Notes under the pieces: generated by a model | What the model was told of the DNA's origin: nothing | What the model saw: only the letters and a program-made list of their open reading frames with translations | Databases searched by the model: none | Shown here: positions 11,885-23,729 of the stretch, in pieces | How the letters are laid out: every line of letters starts with the position of its first letter | Numbering within the stretch: position 1 is the first letter of the stretch | Position numbers and translations under genes: made by a program | Assembly (NCBI GenBank): GCA_964016885.1 | Contig: OZ024756.1 | Coordinates: forward strand, 11,966,001-12,030,000 | Source: Eledone cirrhosa | Lineage: Eukaryota | Length of the DNA: 64,000 nucleotides | Reading direction: 5' to 3'

Positions 11885-13855
11885 GAAATAGAGAAACTCT
11901 CCAAATATAAAGATCTAGGGATAGCAATAACTCAAATGTGGAAAATGAAAACAGAAACAATACCTATAATAATAGGTCCTCTAGGAATGATAAAAACACA
12001 GATAAATACATAACCAAAACCACAGGACTTACAAATATATACAACATACAAAAGATAGCACTACTAGGTACTGTATATATATTATATAGAGTACCACATG
12101 ACTTACAAATATATACAGCATACAAAAGATAGCACAACTAGGTACTGTATATATATTATACAGAGTACCACAGGACTTACAAATATATACAGCATACAAA
12201 AGATAGCACTACTAGGTACTGTATATATATTATATAGAGTACCACAGGACTTACAAATATATACAACATACAAAAGATAGCACTACTAGGTACTGTATAT
12301 ATATTATATAGAGTACCACAGCACTTACAAATATATACAGCATACAAAAGATAGCACTACTAGGTACTGTATATATCTTATACAGAGTACCACAGGACTT
12401 ACAAATATATACAGCATACAAAAGATAGCACTACTAGGCACTGTATATATATTATATAGAGTACCACAGGACTTACAAATATATACAGCATACAAAAGAT
12501 AGCACTACTAGGCACTGTATATATATTATATAGAGTACCACAGCACTTACAAATATATACAGCATACAAAAGATAGCACTACTAGGTACTGTATATATAT
12601 TATATAGAGTACCACAGCACTTACAAATATATACAGCATACAAAAGATAGCACTACTAGGTACTGTATATATATTATATAGAGTACCACAGCACTTACAA
12701 ATATATACAGCATACAAAAGATAGCACTACTAGGTACTGTATATATATTATATAGAGTACCACAGGACTTACAAATATATACAACATACAAAAGATAGCA
12801 CTACTAGGTACTGTATATATATTATATAGAGTACCACAGGACTTACAAATATATACAACATACAAAAGATAGCACTACTAAGTACTGTATATATATTATA
12901 TAGAGTACCACAGGACTTACAAATATATACAACATACAGAAGATAGCACTACTAGGTACTGTATATATATTACATAGAGTACCCCAGGACTTACAAATAT
13001 ATACAGCATACAAAAGATAGCACTACTAGGTACTGTATATATATTATATAGAGTACCACAGGACTTACAAATATATACAACATACAAAAGATAGCACTAC
13101 TAAGTACTGTATATATATTATATAGAGTACCACAGGACTTACAAATATATACAACATACAGAAGATAGCACTACTAGGTACTGTATATATATTATACAGA
13201 GTACCACAGGACTTACAAATATATACAGCATACAAAAGATAGCACTACTAGGTACTGTATATATATTATACAGAGTACCACAGGACTTACAAATATATAC
13301 AACATACAAAAGATAGCACTACTAGGTACTGTATATATATTATACAGAGTACCACAGGACTTACAAATATATACAACATACAGAAGATAGCACTACTAGG
13401 TACTGTATATATATTATACAGAGTACCACAGGACTTACAAATATATACAGCATACAAAAGATAGCACTACTAGGTACTGTATATATATTATACAGAGTAC
13501 CACAGGACTTACAAATATATACAACATACAAAAGATAGCACTACTAGGTACTGTATATATATTATATAGAGTACCACAGGACTTACAAATATATACAACA
13601 TACAGAAGATAGCACTACTAGGTACTGTATATATATTATACAGAGTACCACAGGACTTACAAATATATACAACATACAAAAGATAGCACTACTAGTCACT
13701 GCACACATATTATGGAAAGTACTATCAATACAACAGAAACAACATCAGCAAAAACTACACTGCACATACCCAAGGTGCACAGAGCTGTGCTCGGTAAAGC
13801 AGTAATGATGTGCAATAAAAATAATAATGGAAATAATAACAGTAATAATAATAAT
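11885..13855 (+). pseudogene. R4/Dong-type RLE LINE 3' fragment split by an internal minisatellite
   Basis: LSKYKDLGIAITQMWKMKTETIPIIIG...YNIQKIALL..TAHILWKVLSIQ, with a (TAA)-rich tail at about 13820-13855. Confidence 0.85.
12019..13700. repeat. 74-bp minisatellite, about 22-23 copies
   Basis: Unit ACCACAGGACTTACAAATATATACAACATACAAAAGATAGCACTACTAGGTACTGTATATATATTATATAGAGT. Period measured 12019 to 12093. Confidence 0.95.
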
Positions 13856-15330
13856 GCTTTCTTTATTAACCAGAAGGGTTGACATAAAGTATAACATTAA
13901 GGACAACACAGAACGGTACAAATAGGCATTTCTGCATGTAAAAAAAACAAAGGATGTAACAAAAAAAAAAGTAAACAGGAAAAATTCCCCGAGGGTCACT
14001 CATGGAGAAAGCGCACAAAAAGCCACGGTAACCCACTAGGGCAAGTGCCCTCTTTCAGTTTTTTTTCCTCCTACGATACTACAGGCACATGCTCAGGGTA
14101 GTCCCATTCACACGGGCCATTTTTGCCTCTCTCTCACCCACCTTTCAACAAACTGACTGGAAGGCAGCACCTACCCTCTCCACCCTGATTTTCCTTTTCA
14201 GATGAAACCTGAAAAGGTTAGTGAGGGCGTTACCAAAGAGGAAAGTGCCCATCTTCAACCCTTTCAGACGCATCTACCATACGGCCTCTTTTACCATGGC
14301 CACCAGGCAGATAAAACTGCCTGCCTGCCACTCCTGGTTAAAGGAAGGCAGCAGGGCAATCTTCACAATGGACTCAGCTGATAACCGTCCTACATGCGAC
14401 AGCAGATGTTCGACATAAACCCACAAGTCTCGGACACTGGAGTGCATGCAGGATGGTCTCGTTTCCCGACGCGCATCCGGCTGATGGCACTTCCATGCCT
14501 GTAAAGTTTATCTCGAACTAACAATGCTCCCCGGTAGCACTGCCTGGCCAGAGACTTCTGGAAGTTATCCATTGGCCCCGGACTGAAAGTCCTCCTGAGT
14601 TTCGCCAAGGACATCGTCACACTTGTCCTCCACTAACCCTCTATAGAACACTGCCACGGCAGTCCGTCGAAGTAGACACTACAGTCCATCCTGCAATCCG
14701 ACCCACAGCTGCCCTCAAACAGCTCCACGAAGTGTCGCTGAAAAGACGCACACATTTGTCCTGGATCGAGTAACATGCGCCCGTCGTGGTCCTCCAAAGA
14801 CCGGATAGTGGCTTTGTTGCCGTGACGTGCCTCCGCCACTCTGGCGCATTGAACGGCATTCATCCCCTCGTGTCTGAGAACACGCGCCCTAACAACGCAA
14901 CCTTCGTGCTTTGAGTTGAAGAATTGGTTGAGGGCCAATCTCGCCGCAAGCACATCAGTCACAATACCTTTACTTAGCACCTAGTCTAATTTTCAAACTA
15001 GTTATCCCTCTACTCTGCTCTGTTTTTCTCTATTGCTAACGCTTTACTAAACCTAATGGATTCCATTCTAATCGCCCTTTTCAGCCGAACCACCATTTGT
15101 TGTTGATGACTGCCCTCGTCAGCGTCCACTTAACTAGTTCGCTAATCCAGTCCCTGTCTATTAAGCCTATCTAAGTTGACCACACAGATCACGAATTTGT
15201 TTGAAAACGTTTGAGCAGGTTTGCGAGGCTTTTACACGCTCCTCCCCTATTCACTAATCCCACACAGTTCCAGCGTGCATCTAAGATCCTGTTCCAGTCA
15301 ACCACTAACACTAAAGACCGGAATATTCCA
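13855..15330 (-). pseudogene. L1/Tx1-clade LINE ORF2, internally deleted and decayed
   Basis: DWNRILDA (endonuclease end), GCVVRAR linker, QKSLARQCYRGALLVRDKLYRHG (zf-RVT-like) and FRFHLKRKIRVER C-terminus. AATAAAGAAA 3' end. RT core missing. Confidence 0.7.
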
Positions 15331-15599
15331 AGAAATAATAGTAAAAGAAACTGCTGATTGTGTAATGGAAGATGGTTGTGATGCTGTTCTAATGACATGG
15401 CAACAATTGTGTTGGTGATGGTTGTACCAGCTGTGATGATAATTGTTCTGGCAACAACAATAGAAGTCAAAGTTGTTGTTGCTTAGCTCAGAGTCATTTA
15501 CACACACGTGTTTGACTGTGAATAATACAGTTATTGTATATGAAGTATTTTGCACTTTCATAACCATATTTTGAAAATAATCAAGAATTTGGAGGGATT

Positions 15600-15812
15600 T
15601 AATAATGGTTTCTGATTTAGGCACAAGGCCAACAATTTTGGGGGAGAGGAAATTCGATTAAATTGACCCAGTACAATACTGGTACTTTATTTTATGAACC
15701 CCGTAAGAATGAAAGGCATAGCTAACCTTAGCGTGATTTGAACTCAGAACATAAAGGGCCGTAACTCTATGCCACAGTGCATGGTGTCCGATGATCTACC
15801 GATTCTGCCAAA
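15600..15812 (-). mobile_element. SINE S2 (older copy)
   Basis: Similarity to other S2 copies. Confidence 0.8.
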
Positions 15813-16011
15813 ATAATAATAATATAACTAAATTACTCACTATTCAGCTGGTATTTGAAACAGATTAACAAATATTCTTTCATAAAATCATAATGAAAGA
15901 TTTTTTTTTATTAATATAAGCACTTTAATGAAATGCACTGCCTATAATTTTCAAATCATTTTTAAAAGAACCAAGAATTTCAAAGGATTTAGAAATATCA
16001 TTTTCTTACTA

Positions 16012-16240
16012 TTAACCCTTTAGCATTCAAACCGGCCATATCCGGCCAGAAATGTCTCACCTCTTTCTGTTCAAATCAGCTGTAACTGGCCACTCATACT
16101 GATGTTAAGGTATTATTCTCAAGATAAATAACATCAAAATCTCATAGATTCGATATTATGTGAGATAATTATGTAAGATAAAGTGTTTACTACCAAAATA
16201 CACTAATCTATATAGAGTAATGTGAATGCTAAAGGGTTAA
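16012..16240 (+). mobile_element. piggyBac-like MITE (TTAA flanks, CCCTTTAGCATTCA TIR)
   Basis: TTAA-CCCTTTAGCATTCA ... TGAATGCTAAAGGG-TTAA. Confidence 0.85.
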
Positions 16241-17064
16241 GCTGGTGTTTGGAACATAACTTAACAAAGGTGTTAACATTAAATTATGGTGGATTGTTTT
16301 TATATAAATATGAACACTAAAATATTGTGTATCATAGAATCTGCTGTAGTGCATGTATGTAAATCTCCCCTCTCTGTGCCACCATTGTTGTCCATTGATA
16401 TAACTTTGTGGGGGGGGGGAGTTGGGGAGAGAGAGAGAGAGATGAAACTATGGAGAAGTGTGAGTTGTATGTGAGAAGGTGAAATTGGCTAAAATTGTGT
16501 GGATAAAGCAATATTGTGTAACACCTGGAAATGTTTAATGCATTCAGTTAGGAAGAATGTTGAAACTAAGCAGGTGAGTGATCACCTGTGAGCTGTGATG
16601 AAGATGATCAAGGTGTGAACGAAAAGGCATTTTGTTAGGTGAAACTTGCAGGTGCAACTTATATGAAATAATATCAAATTCTGTTTTTAGCTGTTTACAG
16701 TTTTGTTACTTTCAAAACATGCATTAAATAAACATCTCTATAGATATTTCTTTAAATATTTAACTAGTAATATCCTGTACCACATGGAACCACATTAGCA
16801 AGACATTCTTTAAATTACTAAACAGCACTATGACTGTATCACATTAAAAATTAAAGTCTTTACTCTAATATTGCACATTTTCACAACAATCTGTCCATTA
16901 GTAAAGATACTATAAACATTTGAATTAACAAGCCTATTTTTAGATATTTTCTGCTAAATTATTACAGGATGTTGCGATGGTGCTTTTTCTCATGTCTCCT
17001 ACACAACCACTTTATAGCAGATGTAAAAATGACATCATTAACATCATTGTCATTGTTACATCTG

Positions 17065-17500
17065 CTATAAAGTGGTTGTGTAGGAGACACAACAAAAAGC
17101 ACCCAGTCCACACTGTACAGTGGTTGTGTAGGGGACACAGCAAAAAGCACCCAGTCCACACTGTACAGTGGTTTTGTAGGGGACACAGCAAAAAGCACCC
17201 AGTCCACACTGTACAGTGGTTTTGTAGGGGACACAGCAAAAAGCACCCAGTCCACACTGTACAGTGGTTTTGTAGGGGACACAGCAAAAAGCACCCAGTC
17301 CACACTGTACAGTGGTTGTGTAGGGGACACAACAAAAAGCACCCAGTCCACACTGTAAATGTGGTTGGCATTAGCAAGGGCATCCAGCTGTAAAAGCTAA
17401 GCCAATATCAGTTCTGTATGAGCAAGACATGGTCACTCAACAACTCGTCTAACCCATGCTAACATGGAAAATGGGCATTAATCGGTGATGATGGTGATGA
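17065..17500 (+). repeat. 48-bp tandem array (about 6 copies) within an RTE-tail/S1-type element
   Basis: Unit GTGGTTTTGTAGGGGACACAGCAAAAAGCACCCAGTCCACACTGTACA, continuing into GGGCATCCAGCTGTA and a (GAT) tail. Confidence 0.85.
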
Positions 17501-18724
17501 GTTGTCCATACTGACATGGATTGGACGGGATATTTTTTGAGATGCTATTCTACAGCTGGATGCCTTTTCTAATGCCAAACCTAACTTGTTCTTAAGTAAG
17601 ACACTGATCTTAACACACTGGACTGCTGGATGTATTCTTTATACAGGACATAAACAAATGTCACCACCTTTGGTGGCAGAATCAAATGTAAAAACGAATG
17701 CAAACACAAACATGAATACACATGCATGAAGTCATACACATAAACACACACACATGGACTTCTGTACAGTTTCCGCCTACCAAATTCATATACGGTCTGC
17801 TTAAGACCATAGAAAAAGACACTTGCTAAAGGTGTCGGAGAGAGGGATAGAAGCTAAGAATATGTAGTGATGTCGGAGAAATGTTGTTTAGCACACTGCC
17901 TGTGTCTGTTGCAAGAAAAGAAATGACAAGTGAAAGTTGTCTAGAAGCAGGGAATATCTGACAGGCTGAGCTATATTTGGCCTATTCAGATATCAAGAAA
18001 ACGGGGAGCGGGGTGGTCCCATTCTACAATTAGAATTATATAAATGTAGTTTACAATGAATAGAAACATCCACCCTTTTCTTGGGCATTCTGGTGCAACC
18101 TTCAGCTCAAGTGACATCACTGTATGTGGCCTGACAACGTCTGACATGGAGAAAGACAGTCAGTCAGATTGCAATAAGAACTGAATGACGTCTCCAAGAA
18201 GTATGACGATAACAGGTCAGCAAGAGAGCTTCAGTTCTGTGTCACTTGATTTACTAAAAATATCAGCCAAATTCCCTTCATGTCACATACATCATCATCA
18301 TTGTTGCTTTTATGTCCATTTTTTCCATGGCTGGACATAAGTGGATTAGACATTTCTTCTCCAATGCAACATCCCTCCATTTGTTTCTTTCTTTTTGTCA
18401 TTCTACACTGTCACTTGATCTGTTAAAAATAGTAGCCAAATCTCCCTCAAGTTTCACAGTTCCTTTTATGTCTATATTTCCATGTTTGTGTAGATTAAAT
18501 AAATTCCCTCAGAATGTTTTTTTCTTTCTCATCTCCTTTGTGAGGTCCAGCATTCTGAGACCAACTTTCACCATCTTGTTTATTGACCTCAAAAGGACGA
18601 AAGACAAAGTTGACCTTGGCCAAACTTGAACCAAAGAGAGCTGGAATGAATATGACAAAGCAAAGCATTCTATCTGGCATTCTAATGACTCTGCCAATTT
18701 GTTGCCTCAATCAAGTCTACATTA

Positions 18725-18965
18725 TAATAATGATAATGAAATTATTGTGTACGGTGCTCAGGTGCACTACAACTCATCAAAGGTGCATGTATAGTACATA
18801 GAATAATGTACAAATGTCAGGAAAGTGAACAGTGTATGAGTCATGATATACACACAGATACATGTGTGCGTGTGTATGGAGGGGGACATCAGGTGTAGTG
18901 TTGGCAAATTTCAGGAAGCATGGAGGTTTTAAAGGATGCAGTGTCTCAGCAGCTAACAACTGATT
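18725..18965 (-). mobile_element. Probable CR1/L2 LINE 3' end
   Basis: Minus strand VVSC*DTASFKTSMLPEICQHYT* followed by a 3' UTR ending in (ATT)n. Family assignment is from recall. Confidence 0.5.
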
Positions 18966-19089
18966 CAGATTGATGATGGCTAATCAGGGGTTTGATTCAT
19001 TGAACTTCTAACTATTGAATTAACATCTGTGTACTTAATTAATATCTATAAACTTAATTAATATCTATATACTTAATTAATATGTGTAC

Positions 19090-19302
19090 TTAACCCTTTT
19101 GCATTCACATTACTCTATGTTTACTGTTGCATTTTCATAGTAAAGGCTGAATCTCATAATTACCTCACATAACATCGAATCTATGAGATTTTGATGTTAT
19201 TTATTTTGAGAACAATACCTTAACATCAGTATGAGTGGCCAGAACAGAAAGAAGTCAGAGAGTTCTGGCCAGGTGTGGCTGGTTTAAATGCTAAAGAGAT
19301 AA
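19090..19302 (-). mobile_element. piggyBac-like MITE
   Basis: Reverse copy of 16012-16240. Confidence 0.8.
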
Positions 19303-19383
19303 TCTCATTGTTAGGCAGAATCAACTTGACACAATATGTAGCAAAGGCCGGACCATTGAATTATAGGTACAATCTAGTTTATA

Positions 19384-19562
19384 TTGGCAGTATCGGTGGA
19401 GCATCAAATACCATGCTTTGCAGCATAGAGTTATGGCCCTTTACGTTCTGGGTTCAGATCCCGCTGAGGTTAACTTTTCCTTTCATCCTTACGGGGTTGA
19501 TAAAACAAAGCACCAGTACTGCACTGGGGTAATTGCTGGCCTTGTGCCAAATGTAGAAACAA
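19384..19562 (+). mobile_element. SINE S2
   Basis: Head, B box and central block. Confidence 0.82.
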
Positions 19563-19626
19563 ATATATTGTAAATGGTTGAGTATTCCACAATCATGTGT
19601 ACCCTTAATGTTATATATAATAATAA

Positions 19627-19900
19627 TCTATATATCTAAAACAGAGAATGTCTGTCTGTCTGTCTGTCTGACTCCCTAAAACTCGAGAACCACCCAACCG
19701 ATTGTTTTCAAACTTTACACATGTAATACTTATGGTCCTGTGAATGTTTTGAGGAAAAAATATTTCAAATTTTCAATGCCCTTTAAGGTAATCCAGCTAG
19801 AGGTTATGAGTACTCTGTATCTAGGATAGTTTTAACGTTCAGAGTTATTTGATTCAACAAGAGTCGGGTGGCCGGTTTAAGAAAGTTCCTAGGTGAGCGG
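19627..19900 (+). mobile_element. 5' part of a non-autonomous Helitron
   Basis: A|TCTATATATCTAAAACAGAGAATGTCTGTCTG start, nearly identical to the start at 41317. Confidence 0.75.
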
Positions 19901-19902
19901 TT

Positions 19903-20800
19903 CATCATCATCATCATCATCATCAGGTTTAGCGTCCGTGTTCCACGCTTGCATGGGTTTGGACGGGGGTTTTCCCACTTGAGGCAAGACTGGTTGTCTT
20001 GCTCGCATAGGACTGTCTGGCGGGTTTTCTACAGCTGGATGCCCTTCCTAACACCAACCACATTTACAGTGTGGGGCTGGGAGGTTTTTACCGTGTTGCC
20101 TACACGGCCATATTACAGCGTGGACTGTCTGGCGGGTTTTCTACAGCTGGATGCCCTTCCTAACACCAACCACATTTACAGTGTGGGGCTGGGAGGTTTT
20201 TACCGTGTTGCCTACACGGCCACATTACAGCGTGGACTGTCTGGCGGGTTTTCTACAGCTGGATGCCCTTCCTAACACCAACCACATTTACAGTGTGGGG
20301 CTGGGAGGTTTTTACCGTGTTGCCTACACGGCCACATTACAGCGTGGACTGTCTGGCGGGTTTTCTACAGCTGGATGCCCTTCCTAACACCAACCACATT
20401 TACAGTGTGGGGCTGGGAGGTTTTTACCGTGTTGCCTACACGGCCACATTACAGCGTGAACTGTGTGTTTTTTGACGTGACACCTACACGATCTCATTTG
20501 TTTCGGCCTGGATGTTGTGGGACCAACATAACTTTACATTGAAAGGGGCGGTGTGGATGGGGTGGAGGTGGTGGGACGGGGGTGTGTTTTGATAGAGATG
20601 CCTACTGACTGTAGTAGGTTTTACTTTGTATTTAGGTAAGGCGGGTCTTCTCTATTACTGAGTACCGCCAAAGGTCTCGGTCCAGTGACATTGTCTTGGA
20701 GGGGTGTAAGTGTGTGAGGTCGGAATTTATCAGCTCGTCCCATGTTTTTCTGGGTCTGCCTACCCCGTGGCTACCGTCTATCTTTATTGCCCTGCACTTT
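19903..20800 (-). mobile_element. RTE LINE 3' end (ORF C-terminus, long 3' UTR, (GAT)n tail) with a 112-bp x4 internal tandem repeat
   Basis: KCRAIKIDGSHGVGRPRKTWDELINSDL...DRDLWRYSV on the minus strand. Repeat period 20151 to 20263. Confidence 0.82.
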
Positions 20801-21318
20801 TAATAATGGTAAATAAGTGAAGAATAACATGGTCGGTTGTACTTTGAATAAACCCTATTGTACAGCCATTCCACATTATTCTTCACTCGTATACTATATA
20901 TATACACACACACACACCATCTGTCTGTATCCTGTAAAATAAATTGAAATGTTATAATTCTGTTGTAAAGTATATAAAAAATTATATTTACCATTTAATT
21001 TTCCTGCATGTGTATATATATATTATATATATATATATTGTATGTAGATATTTCTTTTTTAGTAATCGGTATGTTAGGATTTAAGCAGTAAATATATTTA
21101 CATTTATATATGTATATATATGTCTGTCTGTCTCTATGTATGTGTTTGTATGTTTGTGTGTGTATATATATGTCTGTGTATGTTTGTATGTGGATGTATA
21201 TCTCTGTGTATGTTTGTATATATATTTATCTGTGTGTATGTGTGTATATATATGTATATATATGTATGTATGTGTGTATATATTTACATGTTTGTATATA
21301 AGTCTGTGTGTATGTTTG

Positions 21319-21351
<33 letters not shown>

Positions 21352-21371
21352 GTATGTCTGTATATACATAT

Positions 21372-21530
21372 ATATAGAAGAGCTTCTACAGGACTATAAC
21401 TGTTTCATTCGTGAGAAATCATCAGGGATGAAACAGTTCTAGTCCTGTAGAAGCTCTTCTATATTAAAACTTTTATACTCTGCTATGTATTGAGTGGTTA
21501 CCCCCCAATTCAACCTGGAATAACTTATAT
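21372..21530. mobile_element. Fold-back element with truncated hammerhead (family H-H) in (TA)n
   Basis: Arms 21372-21408/21428-21464. Minus strand CTGATGA...GAAACAG...CTGTA. The 5' strand of stem I is lost at the inversion. Confidence 0.55.
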
Positions 21531-21584
21531 ATATATATATACGATATTAAACAAATGGAAACTATATTTATAAAACCATATTTA

Positions 21585-21647
21585 TTTCATTATACATATT
21601 TCAGGGATACCATATTAAAAATATGTCATGCCTTCTTCAGATAAAAT
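21585..21647 (-). ncRNA. Type I hammerhead, family H-A
   Basis: TTTTAT-CTGAAGA-AGGCATGACATAT...ATATGGTATCCCT-GAAA-TATGTA-TA^-ATGAAA. The element is flanked by (TA)n. Confidence 0.7.
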
Positions 21648-21656
21648 ACAATATAT

Positions 21657-21698
<42 letters not shown>

Positions 21699-21702
21699 TG
21701 TA

Positions 21703-21741
<39 letters not shown>

Positions 21742-22162
21742 GTCTATATATATGTCTGTTGATGTGGGTGTGTGTATGTATATATAAATTAAACTGTTTT
21801 TGACCTGTAACCAAACATAAAGTGGGAGCTTGCTCTCTCTTTATTTGTTTTCACGTTAACTTTGTACAAAAAGAAAAAACAATTGCTTAAAATAAGTCAG
21901 CATAACATTACAAATAACAACAATAGTAAAAACAACAACAACATTTAGCTATAATTTTGCTGCCAAAATTATAGCTAAATGTTGCAGTCTTAATCTTGTA
22001 TAAAAGTAAGAAACAAAACTACACGTTTTTCATAAATATAAAAACAATTTGTATATCTCATTGTTGTGATTTTTATCTTTTATTTAGTTTTTCTAAACCT
22101 TATTAATAATATAGATATTTAATTCTAAATATATATTTATATCTATATCCATATATCTATAT

Positions 22163-22897
22163 ATCATCATCAACATCTTCGTTTAACATCTATCTTCCAC
22201 GCTAGCATGGGTTAGACGGGAGTTGTCCCACTTGAGGCAAGGTTGGTCGGGTGACCGTGTCTCGCTCATATAGGACTATCTGTCAGGTTTTCTACAGCTG
22301 AATGCCCTTCCTAACACCAACCACATTTACAGTGTGGAACTGGGAACTGTTTACCGTGTTACCTACACGGCCACATTACAGCGTGGACTGGGAGGTTTTT
22401 ACCGTGTTACCTACACAGCCACATTACAGCGTGGACTGGGAGGTTTTTACCGTGTTACCTACACAGCCACATTACAGCGTGGACTGGAAGGTTTTTACCG
22501 TGTTACCTACACAGCCACATTACAGCGTGGACTGGGAGGTTTTTACCGTGTTACCTACACAGCCACATTACAGCGTGGACTGGGAGGTTTTTACCGTGTT
22601 ACCTACACAGCCACATTACAGCGTGGACTGGGAGGTTTTTACCATGTTACCTACACAGCCACATTACAGCGTGGACTGTGTGTTTTTTTTTTTCTCGTGA
22701 CACCTACACGATCTCGATCTCATTATCTCATTTATTTGGACTGGATGTTGTGGTACCAACTTTACAGAGAGAGGGTGGTGTTGGTGGGAGTGGGAGGATG
22801 GAGTAGGGGTAGTGGATTGGAGTGTATGTTTGGTTAAGAGGTGCCTAATAACTAGGTTTCCCTTTCTACTTAGGCAAGGCGGGTCTTCTGTATTACT
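22163..22897 (-). mobile_element. RTE 3' UTR copy with a 48-bp x7 tandem array
   Basis: Homologous to 19903-20800. Unit GTGGACTGGGAGGTTTTTACCGTGTTACCTACACAGCCACATTACAGC. Confidence 0.82.
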
Positions 22898-22918
22898 GCA
22901 TATGTATATATATATATA

Positions 22919-22965
<47 letters not shown>

Positions 22966-22967
<2 letters not shown>

Positions 22968-23150
22968 AGGGAAGCGGTAAAAACCAGTTAGACCATTACT
23001 CACCAGAGTACTTGAAACTTGGGGTAGTAGAGTGGGTAATATAAAAAATTCAGGACCCTGTCGGCTGAGCTTTGGCCGTTTCAACAGCTAGATCGTTCAG
23101 GCTTAGCTGTTGAAGTGACCGAAGCTCAGCCATGGGGGTCCTGAATCTTT
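22966..23150. mobile_element. Fold-back element related to family H-G in (TA)n
   Basis: Hairpin GGCTGAGCTTTGGCCGTTTCAACAGCTA...TAGCTGTTGAAGTGACCGAAGCTCAGCC. Tail similar to 4408-4490. Confidence 0.55.
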
Positions 23151-23224
23151 TATATATATATATATATTTAGAAGTAAACGTTGGTATTGTTTAAGGTAAT
23201 CCAAGTAGAGGTTACAAGTATATA

Positions 23225-23517
23225 TATAGTTATGTAATAAACAACATAATAAACAACATGAGATCATTATTTCATATACCAGTGGTTTCTTGAAAGCAAA
23301 CAAATCTGCTTTCAGTCATCAGAATAAAAAATCCTGGTGTTTTTATTGAACACCAGGATTTTTTCATTCTGATGACTGAAAGCAGATTTGTTTGCTTTCA
23401 AGAAACCACTGGTAAATGAAATAATTATCTTATGTTGTTTATTACATAACTATTAAGCTCTGTAACCTACATAGAGCACTCTTTTTTCCTGGACCTTTCC
23501 GACGGAATTACTTCATT

Positions 23518-23520
<3 letters not shown>
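23225..23520. mobile_element. Palindromic pLTR-like insertion (family H-B) in (TA)n
   Basis: Arms about 23225-23342 and 23348-23455. Tail CCTTTCCGACGGAATTACTTCATT is also seen at about 4965-4990. Confidence 0.75.
23363..23420 (+). ncRNA. Type I hammerhead ribozyme, family H-B
   Basis: TTCATT-CTGATGA-C-TGAAAGCA gatttgtt TGCTTTCA-A-GAAA-CCACTGG-TA^-AATGAA, with a GUA cleavage triplet. Confidence 0.82.
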
Positions 23521-23587
<67 letters not shown>

Positions 23588-23693
23588 TAAAAATGGCTGA
23601 TTGGATACATGTGCTTTTTTTTTTTCAAGAAAAATTTTTCCATTCCTTCCTATTCTCTCTATCTTTCTATTTCATCTTTTATTTCTCTTTCCT

Positions 23694-23729
23694 TCTTCTG
23701 ATGAAGGACTAGTGTCTGAAACGTAGAGA
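23694..23729 (+). ncRNA. Minimal type I hammerhead (palindromic ACGT stem III)
   Basis: TCTT-CTGATGA-A-GGAC tagt GTCT-GAAA-CG-TA^-GAGA. ATTAAA lies about 25 nt downstream. Confidence 0.6.
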
